From: Wallemia ichthyophaga EXF-994 | Lineage: Eukaryota; Fungi; Basidiomycota | NCBI RefSeq assembly: GCF_000400465.1 | Contig: NW_008806292.1 | Coordinates: 120,001-182,000, forward strand | Direction of reading: 5' to 3' | DNA: 62,000 bases | In this document: in pieces, positions 12,389 through 25,519 of the stretch | Position numbering within the stretch: position 1 is the stretch's first letter | Layout: every line of letters starts with the position of its first letter | The notes under the pieces: generated by a model | Database searches by the model: none | What the model was told of the DNA's origin: nothing | The model's input: only the letters and a program-made list of their open reading frames with translations | Position numbers and translations under genes: made by a program

Positions 12389-13654
12389 ATGGGACCACAG
12401 CCACAGTCACAGCAACAGCAATTAAGAATAACTGATAATTTTAGAGTTGTAAAGCAGGAGTGAGTTTAGACTGATTTCCATTTTAGTAACATTCCTCATT
12501 TCCTCATCCTGTTTGAAGATTACAGCCATCATCTACTAGCACTAGCCTCCACTGTACAACGCCCAAGCCAAAGAGAAAGTACACAAAGCGTAGCTCTTGG
12601 TGGTCACAGAGAAAGACTCAGTCAACTCCCACGAAATCTTTGCTCCCTCCGCTTGAATTAGACGACGATATGTCCAGGCCATCCACTTCGACCGCCGCCT
12701 CGATGGCAGCCGTGGCTACACCACAGAATCTTTATAGTCACAGTCCTTCACGCTCTCACACGCATACAAACTCCCACACGAGCAACTTGGAGCCTCAATT
12801 CGTTAAAGGCAAAGGAAGAATGCTCGTTCGTAACATGGAGAGACCTCCCCTTTATCATAATCATAGCTTTTCTCCAGTAGGAGCACCAGCAACATCACTC
12901 GCTCCTCCAGCTACACCGCAATTTCTGGTAAACTACATGTCCGACGATGAAGAAGGACCTAATGACAAATTAAAAGTCAATCATGACGCTAAATCAGCCC
13001 TTATACGTAAACGCCGACAACTGCGCAAAGCTAGATCCGAAATGACCCTATCAAAGACAAAGAAGCATAAGTTATCTCCAAAAACGCCTGAACTCGCTCC
13101 AACGGCAACCTATCATGACAGGTTCATTCATGGTTTACCGTATGCTAGGAATGCTAATAATTTGTTCTTTGGTTTACAGCCATCACCACCTGTCTCATTC
13201 AATGAAAGCCACTTACCATCACCGACGATGGCCACACCAGCTAACTTGATGCAATCAACAAGAAAATCCAAGCTGAGCAGTGGTTTAGGTATAACACCAC
13301 GTTTAGCGTTGGATGATATGACTGATGACCAATGGAGACATCAGAATATGTTTTCATCTCCAACTTTTGGTGAGTTTGGAGTATTTATAGGTTTACCTGG
13401 TCTCACGAATTCATCTAGGTGTTGAACATCAATCACCAGTCAAACTTACACCCCAGTTTCAGACATCGCACGCGTTCATCAATGCCATGTCCACGTCGTC
13501 CTCGATACCACCACCGCTTAACTACTCAAGCTCGTCTGCAGAGCATTCGATTATTATGACACCATCTAATTTCAACGACAGTCCATCTAAACGAAAATTG
13601 TTCAATGATTCAAATGACGTGTTCGATATTGAGAATGCAATTGAAGAGATGTAA
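12389..13654 (+). CDS. Uncharacterised Ser/Pro/Thr-rich, probably disordered protein, 3 predicted exons
   Basis: ORF 12640-13425 is open upstream to an AG at 12518. Predicted exon 1 is 12389-12459 (donor GTGAGT at 12460). Intron 2 is 13370-13418; stop TAA 13652-13654. Confidence 0.65.
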
Positions 13655-13797
13655 AGACCTATTATTTATTTTTTATATTCTTTGAATCCTGTACACGACT
13701 TTATATTTTAATTTATTTTTTATTTTTGGCTCAAAGATATTACTTGACGTTGAACTGACTCCTAACGATAGCTTTACCTTATACAGTATAAATCAAA

Positions 13798-14361
13798 ATG
13801 GTAAGGGCTTTAATACGCGTGATAAATCTCGTTGACACTGTGATAGTCATCAGGTGTACCAGTCGCAGATGAGTGCTTAACCACATTCCAAGATCTCAAA
13901 TTGGGCAAAAAGCACAAGTACATGATACTTAAGATCTCGGATGACTCTACTGCGATTGTTTGTGAAAAGACATCCAACTCTGACAACTACGATGAGTTTT
14001 TGAACGATCTCCCTGAAAACGAGCCACGTTGGGCTGTTTATGATTTCCAATTCACAAAGGGTGATGAAGGTACTCGTAATAAGATTCTCTTTTATGCTTG
14101 GTGGGTTTTTAGTTGATTAGCTTTTGATTCCGCTAATTTCGATGGATTCAGGGCTCCAGATACTGCCAAAGTTAAACCAAAGATGATGTACGCTTCATCA
14201 AAGGATGCCCTTAGAAGTAAGTTGAATGGCATCCATTTCGACATTCAATGTACAGATTCCACTGAATGCGCTTTCGATACCGGTGGGTTTACTCATAAGC
14301 AAATAAAACCAAAGCTGACTTCAGCCCCACAGTCATGGACAAGGTTTCAAAGGGTGCTTAA
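13798..14361 (+). CDS. COF1: Cofilin/ADF; exon 1 is only the ATG
   Basis: [25 protein letters not shown]; [13 protein letters not shown]; [12 protein letters not shown]. Introns at 13801, about 14101 and about 14283. Confidence 0.95.
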
Positions 14362-15213
14362 GGGAATACCACAGCTAGTTTGAATATTAGTAGAGTCTTT
14401 GTTGTTTTCAAATTTATGTAAAATTCAATCTAAATATGCCAATTCTTATCAATAGACGTTGTGAGTATTTGCAGTTGGCTTATGAGTTGATGATAGTCTA
14501 TTCTGCAATTCAATATGGGCTCAATCTGTCATCTCCACGGATGTTTTAAGTGATTTCACGTAACAAGGTTACGAGGGCAATTACAATTTCAGAATACCGG
14601 AAAATATTGCGTCAACTTCTTGAAAAAGTTAGAATTATAGGTTTTCAATCCTCATCTCATTGTCTACCAAGAGGCTAAAATTTTCAGGGAAGTTTCATCT
14701 AAAACCTGCTACTTGTTTTGACATTGAAAAAGGATGGCACATTAAGGGAATAAGCTTCCCATAAAATGACATCTTAGATAACAAAACCATGATATATTTC
14801 CTTAGATTTTCATAACACCCAATTGCACAGAGAAACACCCCTTTTATTACAATTCAAAAGGCTCGCACTAAACGAATACGTAAACGCTTCAGACTTTCAA
14901 ATGTTTTACCTTCGCGTGTGAGATATCCTCAAGTGCTTGTACCTGCTTGTTTACGTATAGCAGTATTTAACCTCAAGCTGCACAGCGATATGTATTAGTA
15001 CAACGGCTATTCTCATCGCGTTACCTCCTCTTCGACTTCTCAGCCTCATTCCGAAATGGACATATGCCGAACACACATTCCAAAAGATAGAGAAACTCAA
15101 TCTACATGCGGCTCTACGATAAAATGTTCTCAGGCCTCCATTTCCCCCTTCCTCAATATTTTCGCACTTTGGAATCTACTCATGTCCGTGTCTTCCTTTC
15201 AAACCATCACAAC

Positions 15214-18200
15214 ATGGACGCCGCACAGCTCCAGCAACTCTTCCAGTCCACTTATTCTCCGGATGTAAACGTTCGTAAAAGCTCTGAGCTCCAGCTCCGT
15301 AGCTTGGAAGCTGAAGAAGGTTTCCCGACTGCAACTCTTCAAATCATCGCGGAAGGAGATGATCTGTGGGTTTTAATGTTTTTCTGAAGACACCCTTTTA
15401 ATTCTCTGAACAGCGCTGTAAAGCAATCTTGCGCTGTCTACCTCAAAAATCGCATCTCTAGAAGCTGGGACATGGATGCAGCACGTTCCCGTCCTAACCA
15501 AACCGTTATCTCACAGACTGACAAAATGTCAATCAAGCAAAACATCCTGCAAGTCTTGGTCGCTTCAACCAGCTCAGCTGTTAGAGTACAAATCGCTCAC
15601 ATTATCGGCACAATTGTGAGCTCGGACGTCCCCGATCACTGGCCTCAATTCCTTGAGATTGTTCTCCAGCTCCTCGTCTCCCACGATGCACGCGAACAGT
15701 TTGCTGGTGAGCTCGCCCTCCATGAAATTCTCAAGGCGTGGAGGTTCAGGACTACAAAGAAGGAGTACATGAAGGAAATAGTTTCAAGAACGTTCCCTAT
15801 TCTCGTTGAAACTGGTAAGAATGTCTTAGCCCAAGACTCAGCCGACGCTGGATCAATGTTGCACATCATTTTCAAGATCTACAAGGCTTCTATTCAACAC
15901 GACCTCAGCGAACACCAGCAGCAATCTATTGTCGTCTGGGGCTCTCTTTTCTTATCCGCAATTAACAAGGAGATTCCAGTTGAGCTTTTGCCTGAAGATG
16001 AGGAGGAGCGTGAACGTAGCCCTTGGTCCAAGGCAAAAAAACACGCTTTCTATTGTCTCAACAGACTCTTTTCTAGATTTGGAAGCCCATCTCAGCTCTC
16101 CTCACGCTCACAAGAGTACAAACCATTCGCCAATACCTTTGTCAACAACTTCGCACCTGAAATCCTCAAGTCATACCTCTCTATAATCGAAAAGAATCGA
16201 ACTCAAGGTCTCTGGCTGTCTAGCAAGTCGAAGTACTTTATCTTCGACTACCTATGTGAATGCATCAAACCTAAGTCCACATGGTCATTACTCAAACCAC
16301 ACGTAACGCAAATCGTTGCAGAATTTGTCTTCCCTCAAGTTATCTTTAATCAGGCTCAGGCGGAGCAGTTTGAGGATGATCCTGTCGAGTTCATCAGAAC
16401 TTCTGTCGATCCTTTGGAAAACTTCAACAGCCCATCTGCAGCTGCAACCACATTCTTGTTGGCACTTACGAGAAATAGAACAAAATCTACCTTTGAAGAT
16501 GTCTTGCACTTTGTCAACAGCGTTCTTACCTCTAGCAAGACTCCTCAGGAAAAATATGGTGCTTTGTCCATCCTGATTGCCCTTGCGCCTATCGTAATGA
16601 GCTCAAAGAAATTCGGTGGAATGATGGAATCAGTCTTTGTTAACCACGTTCTTCCAGAATTTAGCTCCGAATTTGCATTCATGAGACTGATTGCTTGCGA
16701 GATGGTTCAGAAGTACGAAACTTGGGATATCAAGTGGAGTAATAAGTCTAACCTTGAAGCTCACTTCAGAGCTGTAGTGAACGCTTTATCGGATAGTCAA
16801 TTACCAGTCAGGGTTTTAGCTGCATTGGCATTAACAGAACAGATCCAACACCCTGAAGTCAAGGCTGCGATGGCACCAAGTATCGCAAAGATTGTTCAAG
16901 ATCTCTTAAAATTATCTGACGAAATCGATCTCGATATACTTAGCCAAACGATGGAGAGAATTGTTGACGATTTCGGTGATGAGTTGATTCCATTTGCTGT
17001 AGATGTCTCAAGACATCTCGGTGAAACGTATATGAGAATCATGACTGAGCAGCTCAACATCAGAGAAGCAGCTCCTCAAGGTGAAATTGACCAATATGTC
17101 GACGCCGGAGAAGACAAGGTGATGGCGGCTATGGGTGCCATGAAGACACTCCAGCAATTAGTCAGATCTTTAGAGAACAGTCAATCTATCTTGAAGGAAA
17201 TCTCATCCATTTCTACACACTTGGTTGTTTTCACTGTTCAGAATGAGTTCATCGAATTGTATGATGAAGTATTCGAGCTCATCGATTGCTTAACTTTCTT
17301 CATGAGAGCCATCCCTGACGATCTTTGGCCTGTCTTTGAGGCTTTGTACCAATCGTTCAAAGGCTCAGGTGTCGACTATCTCTCTGAAATGTTGCCATCA
17401 TTGGATAACTTTATAAGCTACGGATCTCCTGTGTTCGCGCAAAATCCTACATATAGACAGATGGCGGTTGACATATATGCTACCGCCATGGAATCAGAAC
17501 AGCTTGGCGAACAAGACAGACTTGTTGCTTCTCAATTGATTGAATCTGTTCTCCTTCACTTGCCAGGTCAAGTTGATGATGTAGGTTTGGATTACGATTT
17601 AGATCTGTTCACTTACTGACTGCAATAAAGGCACTCCCACTCATTATCGGAACAGCTATGAAACAACTCGATCCAAAGATCACACGTACAAAGTCACTTC
17701 GTCTCCACCTCCTCGAGACTATTATTAACTCGATCATATACAACCCAGTCATCACCTTATCCATTCTCGAGCAGGCTGGTGCCACTGCTACATTCTTCAC
17801 AACATGGATGTCAAACATCAATCTCTTTAGCAGAGTACACGACAAGAAATTGGTTGTCGTCGGTGTTTGCTCACTTATGCAACTGACAGTAGAGCAAACA
17901 CCACCTTCAGTCCAATCAGGTTGGCCAGCACTGTTTGCAGCATTGTTAGACATAGTTGAGCAGCTCCCTCAAGCTATCAATGAGCGCGACGAGCTTAAAG
18001 AGAGAGCAGGTGAATTCCAAGATGACGAAGAGGAAGACTTCGATTTTGCAGCTGATGATGTTGATGGTGGAGATGACGAGGGTGACATCGTGGATGAGGA
18101 CAACGAGTACCTCGAAGTCTTGGCTGCTGAAGCACAGAGATTGGCTGGAGAGCAGCAGCAGAAAGGCAAGGGCATGGGTGCTGAACTTGGAGAAGACGAT

Positions 18201-18425
18201 TATGACGATGATGACGAGGATCTCGAAGAGGAATTGACTTTCGAGTCACCATTAGACTCTATCGACGTCTTTGTCAGATTCAAGCATCGTCTCACCATCT
18301 TCCAAGCTACCAATCCGGCCGCCGCGACATCTGCAAACGGATCACTTGACCAAGACCGCCAAGTCAAGTTACAGAACGCAATGAATTTGGCTAACGAGCG
18401 TGAAACTCAAGGTTTCTCAGCTTAA
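15214..18425 (+). CDS. NMD5: Importin-7/8 family karyopherin (Nmd5/Sxm1)
   Basis: TYSPDVNVRKSSELQL; WSKAKKHAFYCLNRLFSRFG; FEDDPVEFIR; LPVRVLAALAL; RVHDKKL; acidic C-terminal tract. Confidence 0.93.
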
Positions 18426-18557
18426 ACAGACATAGTTTGATTATAAAAAACGATATATATATATCCCTAAACATATATTTTAAATAGAAATCAACTTTTT
18501 AATGAATTATTGTTTTAAATGGATAGCCTGAGTGGTGTATAGTCAAATGCAATTAGT

Positions 18558-18923
18558 TTATTCCTGAATCTTTGCGAGGATCTCAGAGTCTCTAAATAAA
18601 TAGTATTCCTGTATCATTTTTAGCTCGAAAAATACATTATAACGCTGACACACCTCCTCGCCAACTTTGATGGAAGAACCTCCCCAGCCTGGCAACAAGA
18701 CCTTGTCGCCAGACTTTACAGAGTTAGGGACATTGTCACCAGTCTTGGAGTCTCTAATACCTGGACCGGTAGCGATGACGGTAGCTTCTGGAAGCGGAGA
18801 TGCAGTTGATGACGAAGGCAAGTACAAACCACTCGCTGTCTTCTCTTGTGGCTTGAAACGCTGCACAAGGATTCTGTCAAGTGTTGGAAGCACGCTCTTG
18901 ATGTTACGAATAGTGGTGGCCAT
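18558..18923 (-). CDS. HSP10: Mitochondrial co-chaperonin Hsp10
   Basis: IKSVLPTLDRILVQR..TASGLYLP..GDKVLLPGWGG..EYYLFRDSEILAKIQE; one intron. Confidence 0.96.
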   Translation of the reverse strand: MATTIRNIKSVLPTLDRILVQRFKPQEKTASGLYLPSSSTASPLPEATVIATGPGIRDSKTGDNVPNSVKSGDKVLLPGWGGSSIKVGEEVCQRYNVFFELKMIQEYYLFRDSEILAKIQE

Positions 18924-19078
18924 ATGTGCAGATGAGTTGATAGTCCAAGTCCAAGTGAGTCTTACCAAAGTCAGAAGCTGCTAGAACCCGGAAAAATTTC
19001 CATCCAACAGGTGGACGCTTGCAATTCATTTCACCTGCTTAGCGCAATCGCAGCTTCTTTGTCCACTACCATTGCAAT

Positions 19079-22000
19079 ATGACGCCGCCGCCAGTCAAGC
19101 GTCAGAAGCCCGAGATAGAATTCACGGATGGATTAGACTTTATTACGAAATTCAGCGCTGCTTATAGAGCCTCTGCGCATGAGGGATCTCTCTCCGGTAT
19201 CAAAGATATCTTAAGCGCTTTCAGAAGCGCTATCACAATACCGCAAGACCTTCCTATAACCGATAAGCGCTACAAATTAGTTTTAGATTATCTAAGAAGG
19301 TCTTCCAATGCATCTGAGCTTTTCAGGTGCTGGGAGTTGTGCCATCAGGTCTGTCTTCTTCTTTCGGGATCCAAACCAGCTGATTGGAATCGTAGGACCA
19401 CAAATTAGCTGCAAGTCTCCCCCTCCCTCTCACTACCATTGCTGCTCTCCTCAATGTTGCGGCTTCGCACACTCACTTGCATCCATCTGCATTAGCCATC
19501 CTCAACGAAGCTATAAAATCACAGTCCTTCCTCAGAGATTACATGGGTGATAACAAAAACGACCTTATCTTGGCGTCTCTCAAGCTAACCCTCGCCATGG
19601 CTGAGGCTGCTGGTAGGATTGGCGTGCAGAAGGAAATGCGCACCATTTGGGAGAACTTTGGATGGTCATTTAAGGTAAGTTGAGTATGAACACTCATCTT
19701 TAACTGACTCCGGCCGAAGTTTGTACCAAAATTGCTGAATATGCGCAGAAAGAAGTCCACTGATGGCGAAAACGACCCTATCGGAAAAGCGGGTAGGCAT
19801 CACCATCTATAATCATCAGTGTTCTCACAAATTCGTAGATATTCGTACGCTCTACTTACTTCTCAATATGGTGTTCATTTCACCATCACTCTCCAATCCA
19901 TACCTTATCAACATGCACTTGTCACACAAAGAGATCAACCAGCAACTCTTTAAAGGACTCTCGCAAGATCATTATCTTGTGATACAAAAGTTTCTTAAAA
20001 TTTGGCATGATTGCTGGTCAGACGGTCGTATATCTAGATCTATCAAACTCTCTATCTGGAATGAGCAGACTATTGACCACATATTAAAGCTCTACAACAG
20101 AAATGAAAACGAAGGTGATGATGTGATTGAGCAAATTCCAGCTAAGCTCGTACATGTATATCTCAAATCATTGTGCACAAGACCAGGATTCGCGTTGTGT
20201 TTCAAAGACGATGGTTACTACCCCCGCCAGCAGCAACAGCAGGGCGAGAATATAAGTACCAGCAGACTTTACAACCGTCAATTACTCGGTGTTCTTAAGA
20301 ATCTTCGTATCGGTGACAATGAGCTCAACGCTGATTTGGCCCTGTCAATACTAGCAGCATGTCCGGAGCTGGCATCGCATTACTGGAAACAGTCAAGTTT
20401 GACACTCGAGCCCCGTTTATCATCGAGATGGATCTCCAACATTTCCTACTTAGCATGTGCGGTGTCCTTACCAGTTCCAACTGAATCATTCAAGCAAAAC
20501 GGATTTTACAAGCCATCACCACCACCGTTGAATGGAATGATTGAAGCAATTATCCCGACGATTGTTCAGAAAGCCAACTTTACTAAAGGTTTACACTCTT
20601 CAACTCCAGTGCAACTGGTACAGCACTGCATATCGCTTGCGGTCACAAAAGCCCTTGATAAGCTTGATAGAGTTCAGCAATTGATGCAGGAGGCAGCTGA
20701 TTCGTTAGAAGAGAGCGAGGCAGATGGCCAATGGCACAGACGTCGTAGAGAGTTGTTGCGTGAAGCGATAAAAAGATTGCCTGAGGGTAAAGTTATTGCT
20801 CATTTTGCTGCATCTCAAGAATCATCAAAGAACAAGATGTTGCTGGAAAATTCGCTAAGATTGTTGCATCAGTATCAGTCAGTTATACCGACAGCCTTCC
20901 AAGAATCTCAAATTGATGTATCGAAGTTGCTTTTCTCAGGTGGACTTGCAGATCCTAACCTTGATTCATTTGACTCTTTGAGTCAACTGCACGCGCTTCG
21001 TTTGTTGAAAGGCAGTGATGTATACAATGTCGCTTCGAAAGTCGGGTCAGAGAGTGCATTCAAAGCAATCATGAAACTCAATATCAATACTAAACACGCT
21101 TTTATTAGAAATGTCACTAGTGAGATTGTCTCCAATTTCTTATCGAACAGCGTTTTATTCGAGCACGACAAATCTGAAACTCACCTCTGGCTTTCAAACT
21201 TGAGCGCGGATAGCCTCGATTTCGTTGATAGCTGCATTTTGCGCTGCGTTAAGACACCTTACAGATATTTAGAGCAAATGCGAGAACTTTTAGATAAGGA
21301 GTCTGATGCAGATTTACCTGCTTCACTCCCATCTCCACTTATCTATACTTTACTTGAACAGCTAAGCTATCAAATTTCGAAGAAGCTGCTGAGCGATGAT
21401 AACGCAGCTGAGTTGGCAGGCTATGCTCGTAATCTGATTATCGGACTGGCCGGAAAACAGCCTTCAATTGACGGTATTGTTAAGCGTCTTGTTGACTGGT
21501 TGAGACATATTTGTGACAGTCACGATGGTTCCAATTCCCGCATACAGTCAGATATCATCAAAAGACAAACGAAGGGTCTCACTAAGCCACCAAAGAAGGT
21601 GTCTGGCTTAGATGGGCTCGATCATTCGGACTTACCAGCTCGCATCTATTCTTTAGATCCAGTTGACCAGAATCTATTCGCGTCTGTCAAGTTTGATGGT
21701 ACACAGAGGTATGTTTCTTGTCTCAAGTAAATTAACTGACCGCCTGGCCTAGCTTGATTGAACGTTTCGATTTAGTTGTTCCACATATCACACCAGATGC
21801 CCTCGACGATGTTGTGTCAAGAGACTACATCAAAGAGAGTGCCAAGGCATACTACTCACATGCAAGATCAACTCAATTCCTTGTCCGCAGACTTGGGGAT
21901 GAACGTGGCAGAGATGTTATCATCAGTCTGTTAATTGAGCTTATCAAGTCCGCTGGAAAGAATGAGAAAAGAACTGTCATCGAGACTGTACTGCAATCTC

Positions 22001-24944
22001 GCGTGTTACTCGCCATTTTTAATACAAAGAACATAGAGCTCAGTCTATCAAACTGTGGGTTTCGCTGCTAATTATTCAACTCGACTGACCAGTCTTGCAC
22101 AGCTTTGAAACGATTCACCGAAGAGCTGAAGAAGGTCGATAATATTTCACATGATTATGCTGGACAGTTATCCGACTTTGTTGGTCAAGCAGCTACACAA
22201 TTCACTAAAAAGGATTGGAAGGTGAGAGGGTTGTGTCCTGGTCGACTTAACTTAATAATCTACATAGGATTATGAAAGTGTTATGATTTGTTGGATACCA
22301 TTCTTTGACTTCAAACAGCTGAACGAAGCGCTCATGATGTCAGCAGTCAACGCACCGGAAAGCTTAGTGACATTCAAGCACATTTTGATTATCTTGAACA
22401 GGAGCGAGCACTCTGAAATAGTTGCAAGCGTATACGATAGATCATCATCCCTGAAGACGCTGATCGACGTTGTGTTCAAGACAACAGATGAGGGTGTCTT
22501 GAACGAGCTGCACAAGTTCTTTGAACGTCTATTGCCGCTCAGAAACTTCAATCAGGGCGACGCCACCGTAGCTGTTTCTCAATTTAAGAGTTTGCTCAAA
22601 CCAAAAGAGGTAGAAGTGAAAAAGGTTCAATTACCTCAGACGCAAAAGCAGGATTCCATCATGGCCTTGTTGATCACAAGATTCTCTCAATACAGACGCG
22701 CTTTCTACAAGTCAACCAAAAAGGTTAATATCGGTGATCTGCCCAAGTTGTCAGCGACTGCTTACGGGAATATTGTCGCACTTGGCGTGAGATTTGGTGC
22801 CTCACTGGAGGACAAAGAGATTGATTTAGCTAAAAAGGTGGCTGGAGTTGCTGTTCAGCATGCTATCGATATAGAGAATGAAGAAGTTTCTATTGAACAT
22901 ATCTTTGCTTTATTCAAATCATCAGCTGATGCCCAATCCCTTTTATCTCAATTGAACTGGATACCTGGATACAGTGCAAGGTTGTGCAAATTGCTTAGTC
23001 AGATTACTGATTCCCTCTCATCATTTGAGGAATCGCAAAGCTTTATCAAGAAAGCATTCATTGGCAACCTCGACAAAATGGTCAGAATTATCAACATGCA
23101 AGAAAAAGAAGTCGATGCAGCTGCTTTGGAGTGTTTGGCGAATGTCGCATCAAAGATACAATTGTCTGCTGACGATGTCGAGTCTTTCCTTATCACATCC
23201 TCGCAACGCGGTTTGTCACAAGCCCCTGTGATGAAATTTGCAGGTGTTTTGCTGAATTCAGTGCAACTACCCCCAAATCTCGTTCTTTCACTGATTCAGT
23301 ACGCTTACGGATCTAATTTATTCAAAGATGTGTCTTCAAATATAAGCATTACGAAGCAGCGCGTTTTAGAGTACATCCACAAACTCTTCCACAAGGCACC
23401 TGCGGCTCTTTGTCAACTCACACAAATCAATCCATTGGTGAACATCTACAATGCAACCTTACATCCATCTGATACTCTTATACTAGATATCTTCAACCTT
23501 TTCGAGCGTGTCTGCAGGCAGTCCCTCACCGCCATTACTAGGGTTTGGACACCTCCATCTACTATTGCGCCAGCAAATTCCAACAGTCGCGCAATAGACG
23601 CAATCACCGCGCTAGATAGTAATAAGGTATTTAGCACCTGCCTGTCCTTCCCTAACAGACTGTCTTTTTCGAGGGATATTAGCAACATTGATGACATAGA
23701 ATGTCCTGAAGACCTCTACGATCCTAGATTTTTGATGGCATTACTATCGAGCGTTTTTATGGATGAAACCCTCACTGATTTCGAGTACCTCGAGTTGGTT
23801 AGATACTCAATCATCAACGTTCCTATAATGGGCCTGTCATCGCGCCGTCCTGACATGAGAAAGGCTTCCCTGCATCTTATGGGACACGTCAGCGGTATAT
23901 TGAACGTGAGTTTTAGTGTCACGCTAGACATCAGCTAATAAAGCTCAATAGAAACGGAACTTTACAGAAAAGGCAGAATTGGAATACTTGTTACAAAACT
24001 TCCGTAACACAATACCTCAGCATGAAATGCATGAAGAGGTGCCTAGACAACCAACCTTGATTACAGCGTTCGTTTCACACGCCACAAGAGCGATAGTCAA
24101 CCCATCAAACCACGCTTACCCACTCATAATGAGATTTCTACTGCAGCGTCCGCAACTCGATGTCAAGAATGTCCCGCTCTTCTTCGACCTCCTACTTAGT
24201 TACGGTGAAGACAGGAGATGGGAAAGAGGATGGATATTGAAGCTGTTAAGAGATGGTGTAAAGTCATCATATGATTGGCTGATGATGAAGCGTCGTCACA
24301 ATTGGGACGTTCTAGCTACGTTATACGAATCGTCGACAGATGATATTGCAATCAAGACACTGATTGAAGAAGTTGCTTTGACTTTGACAAGCAATCCTGC
24401 AACAGCTACCAATATTGTCACATCCAAGCCGTTCTTGATGTGGATCAATCAACAGTTTGCCATCACGAAGGTTGGCAGTAGATCTTTGAAAAACTTTCTC
24501 AAAGTTGTTTCAAATATTGTCAAGAACGGGGATATATCTGCGATGGATTATTCGTCAAGAGGTGTTTGGAGATCTGAGGTTTTCTCAATTGTCAATCTCG
24601 CCACCAAGTACAACGATATAGAGTGTTTGAGACTGTCGTCTGAGATTTTCCACTCACTGACAAACTTACCTATGTCGGAGAAATACCGTGACATCATTTC
24701 GTCAGGTTCGGTTGAGGCGCTGCTCAAAAACCTTGTCACCGCTGTATCTAGAGCTGGATACGATATTGATGAAAATTACAGAACTACACTGAAAAATCTC
24801 GGGTTGGTCTTTGCAGCTGTCAAAACTAACGACACACATTCCAAAGACACACATGGTTGGATTCAACTGATCAGCAGAATATTAGCTACTGGTGATGACA
24901 ATTACTACAACATGGTATTAGGGCAGTTACATAATTACTTGTAG
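19079..24944 (+). CDS. URB1: Nucleolar pre-ribosomal-associated protein 1 (Urb1/Npa1), multi-exon
   Basis: DIRTLYLLLNMVF; YWKQSSLTLEPRLSSRWISNI; YNATLHPSDTLILDIF; YDPRFLMALL; FLLQRPQLDVKNVPLFFDLL; ERGWILKLLRDG. Confidence 0.9.
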
Positions 24945-24956
24945 ATTTCATTGCAC

Positions 24957-25410
24957 TTAATTTCTTCTATCAACCGCGTCAGACCATTGTGTGATGTTTA
25001 GACCATTACATATCTTGTAGATAAGAGCGTTAAAAGTGAGTGTGTCACCATCAAAAGCAATTTGATCCGAAGACTAATGTTAGAACTGTCAGGAATAACA
25101 TAGCTTACAACATGAACCAATGCTCACCTCGTCAATTTCTCCCCATATCATCACTGTGTCGTTGACCTCTGGCGTAGGCACGCTCAGAGAATCAGGTAAA
25201 CAGTTCTCAAGATTTACAGTGAGAAAGTGTTTATTGTGAACTATTTCTATTAAAGGAAGCTGGCACTGAGATACGCTATTCTCTTCGTTAGTAAGGCGAG
25301 AGAATGCGTGGCGGGAGAACTAACCTGCCGACTGTCCTCAGCTTGGTGAGCGCCTCGCATTTTTTCACTTTCTCAATCGACCTCGTTATCGCGACAACTG
25401 GTTCACTCAT
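24957..25410 (-). CDS. TEN1: TEN1-like OB-fold protein (CST telomere-capping subunit), 3 exons, 116 aa, absent from the ORF track
   Basis: Exons 25410-25325, 25275-25128 and 25073-24957 with canonical 49- and 54-nt introns join in frame: MSEPVVAITRSIEKVKKCEALTKLRTVGSVSQCQLPLIEIVHNKHFLTVNLENCLP..EVNDTVMIWGEIDE..TLTFNALIYKICNGLNITQWSDAVDRRN. The pattern resembles human TEN1 as I recall it (LRTFGRL; YIVLGEL; VKARVLTCVEGMNL..EQAI). Confidence 0.7.
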
Positions 25411-25519
25411 TGTTGTATGATTGTCATACAAAAAGAAAAATACAATCGAGCATTGTTTCCTAGTTTCTTGCTGTCAATCATCGCGGCAAATTTGTACATG
25501 ATAAAGCCATTAATATAGT

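Noticed and set aside
18973-19001. Heat-shock element upstream of HSP10 (GAA repeats plus TTC)
   Set aside because: Only one GAA-N7-GAA spacing fits; the other units are out of register, so it is too weak to call.
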